Below, piece by piece: positions 1-9,180 of a DNA stretch of 33,282 nt. The notes beneath the pieces are model-generated. The model saw only the letters and a list, made by a program, of their open reading frames with translations, was not told where the DNA came from and made no database searches. A program made the position numbers and the translations under genes. Within the stretch, counting starts at the first letter, position 1; the number at the start of each line of letters is the position of its first letter. The DNA comes from an uncultured Gammaproteobacteria bacterium (GTDB taxonomy: Bacteria > Patescibacteriota > Microgenomatia > UBA12405), in the NCBI GenBank assembly GCA_964464785.1, contig CAYXLS010000001.1:49698-82979 (forward strand). Reading direction: 5' to 3'.

Positions 1-381
1 AGAGATAGCGAAAATTAAAGATGATATCAAACCTGTTTTTTGATCAAACCAACGTTGGCCTATGATATAAATTAGAAAAGTTGTAAGTATATTTAAAAGA
101 GCAACAAATATAGCTGGACCGACTGGATTATAATTAAATATCACTAAGAAAGGAGCAATAAGATAATAGAAAAATGGACCAAGATACATATTACCAATAC
201 TCGTTTGAGGTCCGATGAAAAATAAATTACCATTTTGCCAAAAATCTTTAATTATGGTGACATCGCGTCCCTGATCACCAAGAAATTCCATATAATCTGA
301 AATTTTATATAGTCGTAAAAATGAAGCTAGTATCAATATACTGATAATTGGCCAATATGTTTTTACGATTTTTTTAAGCAC
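1..381 (-). CDS. GT-C fold (family 39/ArnT-like) membrane glycosyltransferase, N-terminal part; the gene runs off the left edge of the window
   Basis: Not in the ORF track because it has no ATG. My own minus-strand translation is open from GTG at 381-379 to position 1 (127 codons): (M)LKKIVKTYWPIISILILASFLRLYKISDYMEFLGDQGRDVTIIKDFWQNGNLFFIGPQTSIGNMYLGPFFYYLIAPFLVIFNYNPVGPAIFVALLNILTTFLIYIIGQRWF... It is multi-TM and resembles the N-termini of GT39/ArnT-like enzymes. The GTG overlaps the stop of the upstream GT2 gene by 8 nt. Confidence 0.55.
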   Translation of the reverse strand, partial: MLKKIVKTYWPIISILILASFLRLYKISDYMEFLGDQGRDVTIIKDFWQNGNLFFIGPQTSIGNMYLGPFFYYLIAPFLVIFNYNPVGPAIFVALLNILTTFLIYIIGQRWFDQKTGLISSLIFAIS

Positions 382-1102
382 GTTTAAAGTTAATTTTATA
401 CCAAAGACCAAAGAGATCAGAAAAACTTTTGATAATCACCTTTAAATTTCTTCCTGTAGCTTTGCCTTCAACTCTGGGATAATGATGAACTCCTAGTTCG
501 GTAATTTTAAATCCAGCCTTTTTAGCTTTAATTAAAAATTCACTACTAATAAAAGCCCCTCTTTCAGCTGCTAATTTTGGAATAGTATCGATCACCTTTT
601 TATTGATTAACTTAAATCCACAATCAATATCAGTGACCTTTAGACCAAAAAGGATAAAGACAATTATTTCCCATATTTTTGAAGTTAAAATCGTAGTTTT
701 GGATACTTGACGAGATAAATAATAACCAATAACTATATCTGACTTGGTTTCTTTTTGTTTATCGATAAATTTAGTAATCTCACTAAAATCAAATTGACCA
801 TCTGAATCAGTAAAAGCAATCCACTGATACTGTGAGTTATAAAGACCACTTTTTAGAGCAGCTCCATAGCCACGATTGGGATTGTGTGTAATTATCTTGA
901 TTGTTTTCGGATTATCTATTTGGATTTGATTAAGGATTTTAGCGGTATTATCTTTGGAACCATCATCGATAAGAATAATTTCCCAATTTTTAGCAATTTT
1001 ATTTAATACATTTATTGCCTTTGATACCGTATTATTTATATTTTTTTCTTCATTATAACAAGGGAAAAACACTGAAAGTTCATCAATTTGATATTTATTC
1101 AT
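374..1102 (-). CDS. Family 2 glycosyltransferase (polyprenol-phosphate sugar transferase, GtrB/ArnC/DPM1-like)
   Basis: GT-A motifs are present: LSVFFPCYNEEKNI, ILIDDGSKDNT and DSDGQFD (DxD). The ORF-track start at 1120 is TTG. The ATG at 1102 (MNKYQIDELSVFF) is more likely. Confidence 0.85.
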   Translation of the reverse strand: MNKYQIDELSVFFPCYNEEKNINNTVSKAINVLNKIAKNWEIILIDDGSKDNTAKILNQIQIDNPKTIKIITHNPNRGYGAALKSGLYNSQYQWIAFTDSDGQFDFSEITKFIDKQKETKSDIVIGYYLSRQVSKTTILTSKIWEIIVFILFGLKVTDIDCGFKLINKKVIDTIPKLAAERGAFISSEFLIKAKKAGFKITELGVHHYPRVEGKATGRNLKVIIKSFSDLFGLWYKINFKRA

Positions 1103-1154
1103 ATTGTTTAAGTATAACAATATTTTATTAATTGAAACACTTCATTACTATTAC

Positions 1155-1183
1155 TTGACAAAAAGGATAGTATCCTATATAAT
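1155..1183 (+). promoter_or_regulatory. Consensus sigma70-type promoter for the surface protein gene
   Basis: TTGACA at 1155-1160, a 17-nt spacer, then TATAAT at 1178-1183. This lies 30 nt upstream of the ATG at 1213. Confidence 0.6.
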
Positions 1184-1212
1184 TCTATATAATTAAATAT
1201 TAAAAATATTTT

Positions 1213-1878
1213 ATGATGCAGGTAAATAAAAATTATAATAAATTATTTTTGACCTTGTTATTGTCGGGTCTAGTTAGTTTACAGCTAATTAATCCAAAAA
1301 TGATAAATGCTGATTCGTATTCAAGTGATAATCAGAAAAATATTTCAATCGATAAAAAATTAAGATATCTAAGCGATACAAAATATGTAGATAATATTTC
1401 TAGTTCGGTTAGAACCTTTAAAAATGGTGACTTAATTGAGTTCTATGTAGAAGTTACTAATACTGGAGATACTAATTTAAAAAATATTAAAGTAACTGAT
1501 AATTTACCTCCTTTTTTGAAATTAATTTTTTACCCTGGTGTTTATAATTCAACTGATAATAAAGTTGAATGGACTATTGACGAACTTAACGCTGGTCACT
1601 CACAAAAATTTTTGATCAGAGCCAAAATTGATAAAGCTAATGAAGTAAAAACTTTAACCAAAGAAACTAACGTTGCTAGTGTTCGGGTTGATGAATTGGG
1701 AGCAAGAGATGATGCTATATATTATATTTTAAATGTTGGATCCACTATTAAGCCAGATGGTAAGGGAGAAATTATTATCCCTGAAACTGGAGCTGGATCT
1801 ATGGTTTTAGAAACCTTAGGCGTAATTGGAATGGGTTTAGGTGGATTTGCACTAAGAAAAAAGATTAGAGGATTCTAA
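1213..1878 (+). CDS. Sortase-anchored surface protein with a DUF11/CARDB-like repeat domain
   Basis: There is an N-terminal signal-like hydrophobic segment (LFLTLLLSGLVSLQL). The segment FYVEVTNTGDTNLKNIKVTDNLP is typical of DUF11-type surface repeats. The C-terminus is IPETGAG, then a hydrophobic stretch, then RKKIRGF, which is an LPXTG-type sorting signal. Confidence 0.7.
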   Translation: MMQVNKNYNKLFLTLLLSGLVSLQLINPKMINADSYSSDNQKNISIDKKLRYLSDTKYVDNISSSVRTFKNGDLIEFYVEVTNTGDTNLKNIKVTDNLPPFLKLIFYPGVYNSTDNKVEWTIDELNAGHSQKFLIRAKIDKANEVKTLTKETNVASVRVDELGARDDAIYYILNVGSTIKPDGKGEIIIPETGAGSMVLETLGVIGMGLGGFALRKKIRGF

Positions 1879-1910
1879 TTAGTATTTAAAAATAAAATTA
1901 AATCAATCGA

Positions 1911-1944
1911 ATCCTCTACTGAAAGGTAGGGGATTTTGATTTTT
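1911..1944. terminator. Bidirectional intrinsic terminator between convergent genes
   Basis: Stem ATCCTCTAC (1911-1919), loop TGAAAG, stem GTAGGGGAT (1926-1934); 9 bp including one G-U pair. It is followed by TTTGATTTTT and has an A-rich tract on the other side. Confidence 0.65.
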
Positions 1945-3034
1945 ATTGCATATGAAGGTAAAGTGTCATTTTACCGTCTGAATGAAATACTTTGGCATGA
2001 TTACCTAGGCTACTTTGAGGATTTCTGAAAAAGTAGGCTACCCCATCGTTTACAGAGAGTATAGTTTTGTTGTCTGAAACCATATCAATTCCGTGATGAA
2101 AATTATCTGAGTAATTTCTTGAGAAAGAAGTCACTCCTCTTTCTTGAGTAATTCTAATTGTTCCATTCATAGGCCAACGATTAGCTTGTATGTATGGTGA
2201 AGGGTCAATATCTTTTTGATAAGTCCAACTAGATAAATCAGATTCTTTTAATTCATAAAGTCCAAAATGTAAATGAGGTCCAGTCGAAAAACCGGTACTA
2301 CCCATTATTCCTAATGCTTCACCTTTTTTAAATTCTCTTTTCCCAACAAAACGAGCTGCTAACAGAGCAGCTAATTCTTTTTCGGCATCATTTTTCATTT
2401 GTTGATATTTTTTTTCGTCGTTTTTAGTAATTTCTAATAAATAATTCTTTTCATTTTTTTGTTTATCTAAACTAATTTTTTGTAATGCTAAAGTTTTTTT
2501 GAGTGATTCTAATTCGATTTGTTTTTTTTGTTTAGCGATTTTTTGATTATCATAATTAAAACGAACAGTTTCAAGATTGATTAGATTATTTTGGCTATTA
2601 GTTTGAAGCGAAGAGACGTAACGATATTGTTCTAAATAATTATTTAAATTAGCTGAGAAAAGAAAGGCAAAAGAAGGAATTCTTTTTTGGAGTTTATAAT
2701 TTTGAATTGTTTGATTTATATAGATTTCTGAAAGTTTATTTATTTGAACTTCAAGCTTATCTATTTCTAATGTCAAATTGGCTATTTCTTTTTCTAAAGA
2801 AGCGATTGAGTATTCAGTTTGATTAATTTTTAATAAAGTCAACTGATACTGCGAATCTAATAATTTAAGTTGATTTGATAGGGTGTTTTTTGACTTGTTT
2901 AATTCATTAAGTTTTTGGGTATATTGATTGATTTGATCTTGAAGTTCATCGCTACTTAAAGCATAAGTAATTATCGAAAAATTAAATAAAAATAATATAA
3001 ATGATAGAAAAATAAAAAACTTTTTTAAGAACAT
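1943..3034 (-). CDS. EnvC-like coiled-coil M23/LytM metallopeptidase; the motif order is permuted (see findings)
   Basis: Long heptad-rich N-terminal region. M23 motifs are present: GSTGFSTGPHLHF, FHHGIDM and TLYLHMQ. It lies directly downstream of ftsEX. The ORF-track start at 3088 is TTG inside ftsX. The ATG at 3034 (MFLKKFFIFLSFILFLF, a signal/TM segment), 5 nt after the ftsX stop, is preferred. Confidence 0.85.
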   Translation of the reverse strand: MFLKKFFIFLSFILFLFNFSIITYALSSDELQDQINQYTQKLNELNKSKNTLSNQLKLLDSQYQLTLLKINQTEYSIASLEKEIANLTLEIDKLEVQINKLSEIYINQTIQNYKLQKRIPSFAFLFSANLNNYLEQYRYVSSLQTNSQNNLINLETVRFNYDNQKIAKQKKQIELESLKKTLALQKISLDKQKNEKNYLLEITKNDEKKYQQMKNDAEKELAALLAARFVGKREFKKGEALGIMGSTGFSTGPHLHFGLYELKESDLSSWTYQKDIDPSPYIQANRWPMNGTIRITQERGVTSFSRNYSDNFHHGIDMVSDNKTILSVNDGVAYFFRNPQSSLGNHAKVFHSDGKMTLYLHMQ

Positions 3035-3038
3035 TAAA

Positions 3039-3911
3039 TTAAAACTTGATGTACCTTTTAACTCCAATAAGACTTGAGAAAAAGCCAATAATACAGCCTA
3101 AAATTAACTGAGCTAAAACAACTAAACCGTAATAGTATAAATCATCTGAAATAAAAACAACTGGTTGGAAAAAATTGTTAATTGAAGATTTTGCATAATA
3201 AAGTAACCCCAAAGTAATAATTGAACCAACAATACTACTAACAAGCCCATAAAATATGCCTTCTAATAAAAATGGTTTTTTGACATAAAATTTAGAGGCA
3301 CCCAAAAGACGGCTAATTTTTACTTCTTCTTTGCGATTGGTAATTTTCATACCAATGATTGTTGTTACTGAAAAAAAACTTGTAATTAAAACTAATGCAG
3401 TTATAACTAAACCTGAAAGTCTAATAATTTTTGTCCAGTCTAATAATGAATTAATAACATCTTTTTGATAAATTATTTCATCGATAATATCCGTTTTGGT
3501 GGCATAATTTTGATATATTTTTTCGAGAACTTTGGGGTCACTAACGGTTATCTCAAAAGAAGCAGGTAAAATATCGGCAGTGACCATTTCTGTTAACATG
3601 GGATTGTTTTTGTTTTGTTGTTTGTAAATTTCTAGAGCTTTATCTTTTGATATATATTTAATTTCTTTAACATTTTGATAATTGGCCAAATCTTTTTGAA
3701 GATTATTGATAATTGTTTGGTCTAAATTGTCTTTGATAAAAATAGTTATTTCTGGTTTGGTTTCAAAATAAACAAGAACTTTAGAGAATCCAGAATTTAC
3801 TACAATAAACAACGAAACTAACATAAAACTAAAAGTCATAAGTATAATTGCAATAAAACTTTGGATTGGCGAACGCCTAATATGATGCCAAGTAGTTTTG
3901 GTGTTAGTCAT
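3039..3911 (-). CDS. ftsX: Cell division permease FtsX
   Basis: Topology is TM1, a large external loop, then three C-terminal TMs. The signature RLLGASKFYVKKPFLLEGIFYG is present. It overlaps ftsE by 8 nt. Confidence 0.85.
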   Translation of the reverse strand: MTNTKTTWHHIRRSPIQSFIAIILMTFSFMLVSLFIVVNSGFSKVLVYFETKPEITIFIKDNLDQTIINNLQKDLANYQNVKEIKYISKDKALEIYKQQNKNNPMLTEMVTADILPASFEITVSDPKVLEKIYQNYATKTDIIDEIIYQKDVINSLLDWTKIIRLSGLVITALVLITSFFSVTTIIGMKITNRKEEVKISRLLGASKFYVKKPFLLEGIFYGLVSSIVGSIITLGLLYYAKSSINNFFQPVVFISDDLYYYGLVVLAQLILGCIIGFFSSLIGVKRYIKF

Positions 3912-4617
3912 GTTTTTTTGGGATTCTTGTTTTTTTAATAATTTTTTTGGGTGGCTGGGAAGTAGTTGATATTTTACCGTCTTTTATTTCGATTTGACGT
4001 TTGTCGAGAGAATTAACAATTTCTTGGTTGTGTGTGGTCATTATAATAGTGGTATTGTTTTTTTCATTAATATCTTTTAGAAGCTTGACTAAATTCCACG
4101 TATTCTCAACATCAAGATTACCAGTTGGTTCGTCTGCTAAAATAATTTTAGGTTCAATTGCTAGAGCACGAGCTAAAGCCGTTCGTTGAAGTTCTCCTCC
4201 TGATAATTGTGATGGATAAAGAAAACGACGATTATTGAGATTCACTTGATTGATTACTTCATCAATCTTGGTAGCTATTTTTTCTTTTGGATATGAAACA
4301 ATATCCAAAATAAGAGCAATATTTTCTTCAACTGATTTGTCCATAATTAATTGATAGTCTTGAAAAATTACGCCAATTTGACGCCTAATATTGTCGATTT
4401 CTGATTTGGAACCAAAAGACAAATTAATATCATCGACTAATATTTCTCCATTTGTGGGTCTAATTTGGTTGAGAATTAATTTCAAAAGAGTTGATTTGCC
4501 GGCACCAGAAGGTCCAACGATAAATACAAATTCTCCTTGATCAATGGTAAAGTTTATATTCTTTAGAGCATTGATGACCCCAAAATTTTTGTCAACGTTT
4601 TTAAAAACTAGTTTCAT
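3904..4617 (-). CDS. ftsE: Cell division ATP-binding protein FtsE
   Basis: Walker A GPSGAGKST, ABC signature LSGGELQR, Walker B ILADEPTGNLD. It is adjacent to and overlaps ftsX. Confidence 0.9.
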   Translation of the reverse strand: MKLVFKNVDKNFGVINALKNINFTIDQGEFVFIVGPSGAGKSTLLKLILNQIRPTNGEILVDDINLSFGSKSEIDNIRRQIGVIFQDYQLIMDKSVEENIALILDIVSYPKEKIATKIDEVINQVNLNNRRFLYPSQLSGGELQRTALARALAIEPKIILADEPTGNLDVENTWNLVKLLKDINEKNNTTIIMTTHNQEIVNSLDKRQIEIKDGKISTTSQPPKKIIKKTRIPKKHD

Positions 4618-4618
4618 C

Positions 4619-5098
4619 TTATTCTAATATTTTAATACTACCAACATCCATAAACCAAGCGGCTTTATTGGAATCGTTTGTTTCACCTTTTACCTCAACT
4701 TTTTTACCAATAAATAAATCGAGATCAACAACAGAAGAGGTTAGGGCTGCATTTTGAGTGACTCCACCTTCTCGCTCTAAAGTATGAGTGCCTTCATTGT
4801 TTACTCCACCTGACTTGATTACTCCAACGGCATTATCAGAAAAATTTTTCGATAAATTTCCATAAATAGTACCGACTTTTATCTCTTGGCCTTCAACAAT
4901 TTTTGAGGCAACATTATTTGATGAATTGTTGGAACTATTATTAGATATTGACATACGAGTAGGTAAAAAGCGAGAAATACAAAAACCAAATATTATGGCT
5001 AATATCACAATAATTAAATAGATTAATTTTTGTTTTTGGGGTAGTTTTAACGGTGATGGTTTGATAACAGTATTTGAAGCTAAATTTGGTATATCCAT
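4619..5098 (-). CDS. Membrane-anchored hypothetical protein
   Basis: One N-terminal TM (LIYLIIVILAIIFGFCI) and a low-complexity NNSSNNSSNN linker. It starts 21 nt... more precisely its stop lies 1 nt before the ftsE start region (tight packing in the operon). I recognise no motif. Confidence 0.55.
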   Translation of the reverse strand: MDIPNLASNTVIKPSPLKLPQKQKLIYLIIVILAIIFGFCISRFLPTRMSISNNSSNNSSNNVASKIVEGQEIKVGTIYGNLSKNFSDNAVGVIKSGGVNNEGTHTLEREGGVTQNAALTSSVVDLDLFIGKKVEVKGETNDSNKAAWFMDVGSIKILE

Positions 5099-5156
5099 AA
5101 TATATTTAAATACTAATAATCCAGTATAGCAAATTAGATGTTAGGTTGTTGAGGAA

Positions 5157-6182
5157 CTAAATAGAATCAGAAAAAAATTGATGAAAAGACTTATATTTTT
5201 TGTCACTAGGGATAAAAACCCATTGTTTATTGGTAAAGTATGTTGGATGATAAATTACGCCATTTTTTGAATTTGTACCAATTGGAATTTCAATTTTGTT
5301 TAGAGTTAATTTTGAGACAGTATCGCCCATGGTTGAAAGTATTTGTAGAAGATTTTTATCAAATATATCTTTGATAATTTCTTGATCCCAAAATTTGTAC
5401 AAATCAATTGGATTTAAATTGTCGTTGACAAATTGACCTGATTTAATTTTGTTTAATATTGATTCAACTAATAATTGTTGTCTTTGGATTCTGGCTAAAT
5501 CAGTTCCTCCATTTGCAACAGAATCACTACCTTTACGTGACCGAACAAATTCGGTAATATTTGTTTCATCTAAGTGAATTAGTCCTGATTTAAACTCAAT
5601 TGTTTTATATTTGGCAATATTTTGGGAAGGATTTTTTATATATTCTGGGTTTGGGTACTGATTGTCAACAAAACCTTTGTCTAAGGTAATGTCAACACCA
5701 CCGATTAAGTTTACAAATTTTATTAAGTTGTCAGTAGTTAAAACGACGACATGATTGATAGGTTGATCGATTAATTTAGAAAATGTTTCTTTGATAAAGT
5801 CCAGCTGATTAGGTTTTGTTAGAGATAATGGATAAATTTGATTAATTTTTGTATCTAGGTCGTAATTCCATAAATCACGAGGGATAGAGATAGTGTTTAT
5901 TTTTTGATTTTTTAAATTTAAAGAAATAAACATGATAGTATCGGTGACGTTAGTTTTTTCTAATGAATCATCCCTTCTATCCAGGCCTAGGACAATAAAA
6001 TTGACTTTATCATTGTTTTTATAAGGATTATTTTTGTCAATTGAGGTGAGAGTATTTATAAGATAATCAGGTGATTTTTGCAAAGATAATGAAATTTTTT
6101 TAAAAACTGTAATTAAACCAAACAAAACAAAAATAGTTGATACCAAAAATATAAGTAAAAATGATTTTAAAAATTTGAGCAT
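5157..6182 (-). CDS. LytR-CpsA-Psr (LCP) family cell-envelope phosphotransferase
   Basis: N-terminal TM. LCP motifs are present: FIVLGLDRRDD, TDTIMFISLN and ISIPRDLW. Confidence 0.85.
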   Translation of the reverse strand: MLKFLKSFLLIFLVSTIFVLFGLITVFKKISLSLQKSPDYLINTLTSIDKNNPYKNNDKVNFIVLGLDRRDDSLEKTNVTDTIMFISLNLKNQKINTISIPRDLWNYDLDTKINQIYPLSLTKPNQLDFIKETFSKLIDQPINHVVVLTTDNLIKFVNLIGGVDITLDKGFVDNQYPNPEYIKNPSQNIAKYKTIEFKSGLIHLDETNITEFVRSRKGSDSVANGGTDLARIQRQQLLVESILNKIKSGQFVNDNLNPIDLYKFWDQEIIKDIFDKNLLQILSTMGDTVSKLTLNKIEIPIGTNSKNGVIYHPTYFTNKQWVFIPSDKKYKSFHQFFSDSI

Positions 6183-6183
6183 G

Positions 6184-7254
6184 TTACAATTTTAACTCAG
6201 ATTCGATAAAAGCATCAAGGTCACCATCAAGTACCCCGACAGTATCGCTGGTTTCATATAGTGTACGTAAATCTTTGACCATTCTATAAGGATGTAAAAC
6301 ATATGATCGAATCTGTCTCCCCCAACTGGCAATGACATTGCTACCTTTAATCTCTTTTTTTTCGAGAGCTTGTTTTTCTTGCTCAAGAGACCATAACTTT
6401 GATGATAACATCTGAAGAGCTAATTCTCGATTTTGTTCTTGACTTCGTTGACTTTGACAGGAGACACTTATATTTGTGGGTTTGTGAACTAAACGAACAG
6501 CAGTAGAAACTTTATTTACGTTTTGACCACCATGGCCACCTGATCGATAAGCTGAAAACTCAATATCTTGAGGATTTATTTTGTATTCTGAAGCATCTAT
6601 TATAGGTACAACTTCGACCTTAGCAAAAGATGTTTGACGTAGCTGATCGGCATTGAATGGAGATAAACGTACTAATCTATGAACACCAGATTCTTTGTTT
6701 AGATAGCCATAGGCATAATTTTGGTTTATTTTAAAATAAACAGATTTTATGCCGGCTTCTTCACCTGGCGTAACATCCAAGATATCATATTTCCAATTTT
6801 TACGTTCAAAATATCGTAAATACATACGCTCTAACATAGAAGCCCAATCCATAGCTTCAGTACCTCCTTGCCCAGAGTGAATCGATAACAGAGCAAAATT
6901 TTGATCATATTTACCTGATAAATAAGTCTGTAATTCTATTTTTGATAATTCGGTATTTAAATTATTTATAGAAATTTCAATTTCGGTATCAAGTGAAGGA
7001 TCGGGTTTTTCATCAGCTTGAATTTTAAATTCTTTAAGATTTATTAGTTTATTTTCGATATCTTTAATTTGATTAATTTCTTTTTGAAGATCAGAAATTT
7101 GTTGAAGTATATTTTGAGCATTAGTAGGATTATCCCATAGATTTGAAACTTGAGAGTCTGTTTCAAGCTTAGTTAAGTTTTCTAGTTTTGAATTATAATT
7201 ATATTTTTTTTTAATTGAATCGAATTTTGATTCAATATCACTTAAATTAAGCAT
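6184..7254 (-). CDS. prfB: Peptide chain release factor 2
   Basis: Contains the SPF tripeptide (RLSPFN) and the GGQ motif ([18 protein letters not shown]). The ORF-track start at 7269 is TTG. The ATG at 7254 (MLNLSDIE) sits 1 nt after the upstream stop. It is a single uninterrupted frame. Confidence 0.93.
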   Translation of the reverse strand: MLNLSDIESKFDSIKKKYNYNSKLENLTKLETDSQVSNLWDNPTNAQNILQQISDLQKEINQIKDIENKLINLKEFKIQADEKPDPSLDTEIEISINNLNTELSKIELQTYLSGKYDQNFALLSIHSGQGGTEAMDWASMLERMYLRYFERKNWKYDILDVTPGEEAGIKSVYFKINQNYAYGYLNKESGVHRLVRLSPFNADQLRQTSFAKVEVVPIIDASEYKINPQDIEFSAYRSGGHGGQNVNKVSTAVRLVHKPTNISVSCQSQRSQEQNRELALQMLSSKLWSLEQEKQALEKKEIKGSNVIASWGRQIRSYVLHPYRMVKDLRTLYETSDTVGVLDGDLDAFIESELKL

Positions 7255-7255
7255 A

Positions 7256-7636
7256 TTATTTTTTATCAATATTTTCGATTAAATCGTCGGAGATATTTTT
7301 TATTAATTGTTTTTTAAACTCTTTTATTTGTTTTTGTGGGAACCCATTTAGATGAGTAACAATATAATTTTTTGAATCTTGATAGATTTTACCTAATAAT
7401 GTTTGATCAATATGTTCAAGTTGATACCGGCTATCTTGTGGAAGTTTAGAATATATAGTTCCCAGTATTTGTCCCCCAGAATTTTCACCAATATATGAAG
7501 TAGGGTCATTATTTGGGTTGATAGACTTTTGCTGTTGACTTAATATATTTATTAAAAATACTATTATTACGATAAAAATTGATAAACGAATGATACTTTT
7601 TAGGGTAATTTTTTGTTTTTTCTTTTTCTTGACCAT
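7256..7636 (-). CDS. Membrane-anchored hypothetical protein
   Basis: Basic N-terminus followed by a TM ([15 protein letters not shown]). It is packed tightly upstream of prfB. I recognise no motif. Confidence 0.5.
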   Translation of the reverse strand: MVKKKKKQKITLKSIIRLSIFIVIIVFLINILSQQQKSINPNNDPTSYIGENSGGQILGTIYSKLPQDSRYQLEHIDQTLLGKIYQDSKNYIVTHLNGFPQKQIKEFKKQLIKNISDDLIENIDKK

Positions 7637-7668
7637 AACCTTAATTGGTTAATTTATCCCTAAGAAAC

Positions 7669-7690
7669 AAAATAGTATTACTACTATTTT
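7669..7690 (-). terminator. Possible weak AT-only hairpin terminator after the PPIase gene
   Basis: AAAATAGTA, loop TTAC, TACTATTTT; a 9-bp stem made entirely of A-T pairs. On the minus strand it is followed by GTTTCTT. Confidence 0.3.
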
Positions 7691-7691
7691 A

Positions 7692-8294
7692 TTATTTTGT
7701 CTTGGTGGTAATTTCAATTATCTTGTCATCTTGTTTAATTTTGTCTAATACATCTAACCCAGAAACAACTTCACCAAAATTGACATAATCAGAAGTAAGA
7801 TGTTGGCAACCAGATGTACTAAAACAAATGAAAAACTGACTATCGTTGCTAATTTCTTTGTTTCCACCACGAGCAAGCCCGATAGTACCTCGGACAAACG
7901 GAATATCATTTATCTCTGATTTTATTGTCCCACCACCAGTACCTGTTCCAAGTGGATCACCGCCTTGAGCCATAAAATTATCTATTACTCGATGAAAGGT
8001 CAATCCATTGTAAAAACCTTCATCTGCTTTTTTTATGAAATTGGCAACAGTGTTGGGTGCTTTATCTTGATAAAGCTTAAGCAATATTTCACCATCTTTA
8101 GTTTTCAAAGAAATTACAGGATTGATGTTTTTTTCAGTTGAAGATTGGGTAACTGAAGATTGTGATGAAAAATCGGGGATTTTGGTTAGATCCATATTGG
8201 TATCAACAGGCTTTTTGGTAGTACAGCCAGAAATTAATAATGATGAAATAAAAAAAAATGTTATATAAGTAGTTAATTTTGTTTTTTGTTTCAT
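7692..8294 (-). CDS. Cyclophilin-type peptidyl-prolyl cis-trans isomerase, lipoprotein
   Basis: Lipobox LLISGC. Cyclophilin motifs are present: FHRVIDNFMAQGGDP and SNDSQFFI. Confidence 0.9.
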   Translation of the reverse strand: MKQKTKLTTYITFFFISSLLISGCTTKKPVDTNMDLTKIPDFSSQSSVTQSSTEKNINPVISLKTKDGEILLKLYQDKAPNTVANFIKKADEGFYNGLTFHRVIDNFMAQGGDPLGTGTGGGTIKSEINDIPFVRGTIGLARGGNKEISNDSQFFICFSTSGCQHLTSDYVNFGEVVSGLDVLDKIKQDDKIIEITTKTK

Positions 8295-8298
8295 ATAG

Positions 8299-9096
8299 TT
8301 ATTTTAACAAAATTAAAACTTTTTTATCACCAGTATTAATATCTTTTTTATTCCTAGAAGCAGGGAAATCATGAATACTTTCTAAAAGTAGTGAATAAGA
8401 ATATTTGTAGTAAGCACCAAACTGAGTGCCAACATCATGAACAATAAATTTTTTTTGATCATCGTCGTAACCAAGAATTGTTAGATTATGATAATATGGT
8501 CCTTCTTGTTTAAAATGTTTATTTTCCCGATATAGAATTTTACCACTAGCAGGAATAATGACTGGAATATCTTTAGCAATATATTTTTTAATATCGTCTG
8601 TTGTTGGATTATCAATAATTTTGGTTGAATATCCTAAGTATTTTTGGGAAACTAATTCCATTTCTTGAAGGTTCATATCGTATTTAAATGATTGTTGATT
8701 TTCAAAATCAATCATCTTTTGGATATCTCCTTTGATTACTTGGATTTCTGGTGATGATTGTTGGTAATAATAATGAACTGTAAGTAAAGCAGCTTCTTCA
8801 CAGGCGTCTTGCCAAGGTTGATCCCAGTTTTTTTCAGGAGATTGAGGAACAAAAATAGTTTTTATCAAATGTTTATTAGGTAAACCATCAGATAAAATTT
8901 TTGTTGGTTTTGGAGCAATGGTATCGATAACATTTTCAATTTTGCTGGTAGTGTCGGTAACTTTTATTTCAATTTTATTACTAATATCAATGATTTTTTG
9001 TTCTATTTTGGAATTATATTTTAATTTTGAATAGCCTAATAACCCCAAAATCAATATAAATAAAAGTGCAGCTATTTTAAATATTTTTTTGGACAT
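8299..9096 (-). CDS. Membrane-anchored C39-like (YvpB-type) cysteine peptidase domain protein
   Basis: N-terminal TM. FVPQSPEKNWDQPWQDACEEAALL resembles the active-site region of the YvpB/C39_2 family, and there is a later H/D region (FIVHDVG). Confidence 0.55.
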   Translation of the reverse strand: MSKKIFKIAALLFILILGLLGYSKLKYNSKIEQKIIDISNKIEIKVTDTTSKIENVIDTIAPKPTKILSDGLPNKHLIKTIFVPQSPEKNWDQPWQDACEEAALLTVHYYYQQSSPEIQVIKGDIQKMIDFENQQSFKYDMNLQEMELVSQKYLGYSTKIIDNPTTDDIKKYIAKDIPVIIPASGKILYRENKHFKQEGPYYHNLTILGYDDDQKKFIVHDVGTQFGAYYKYSYSLLLESIHDFPASRNKKDINTGDKKVLILLK

Positions 9097-9180
9097 GCTT
9101 AATTATACGATAAGGTTATAATATACTATAATTTTGTTGGTGATTATTGCTAAATTTAGTTTTTATAGTAGAATAATCGA

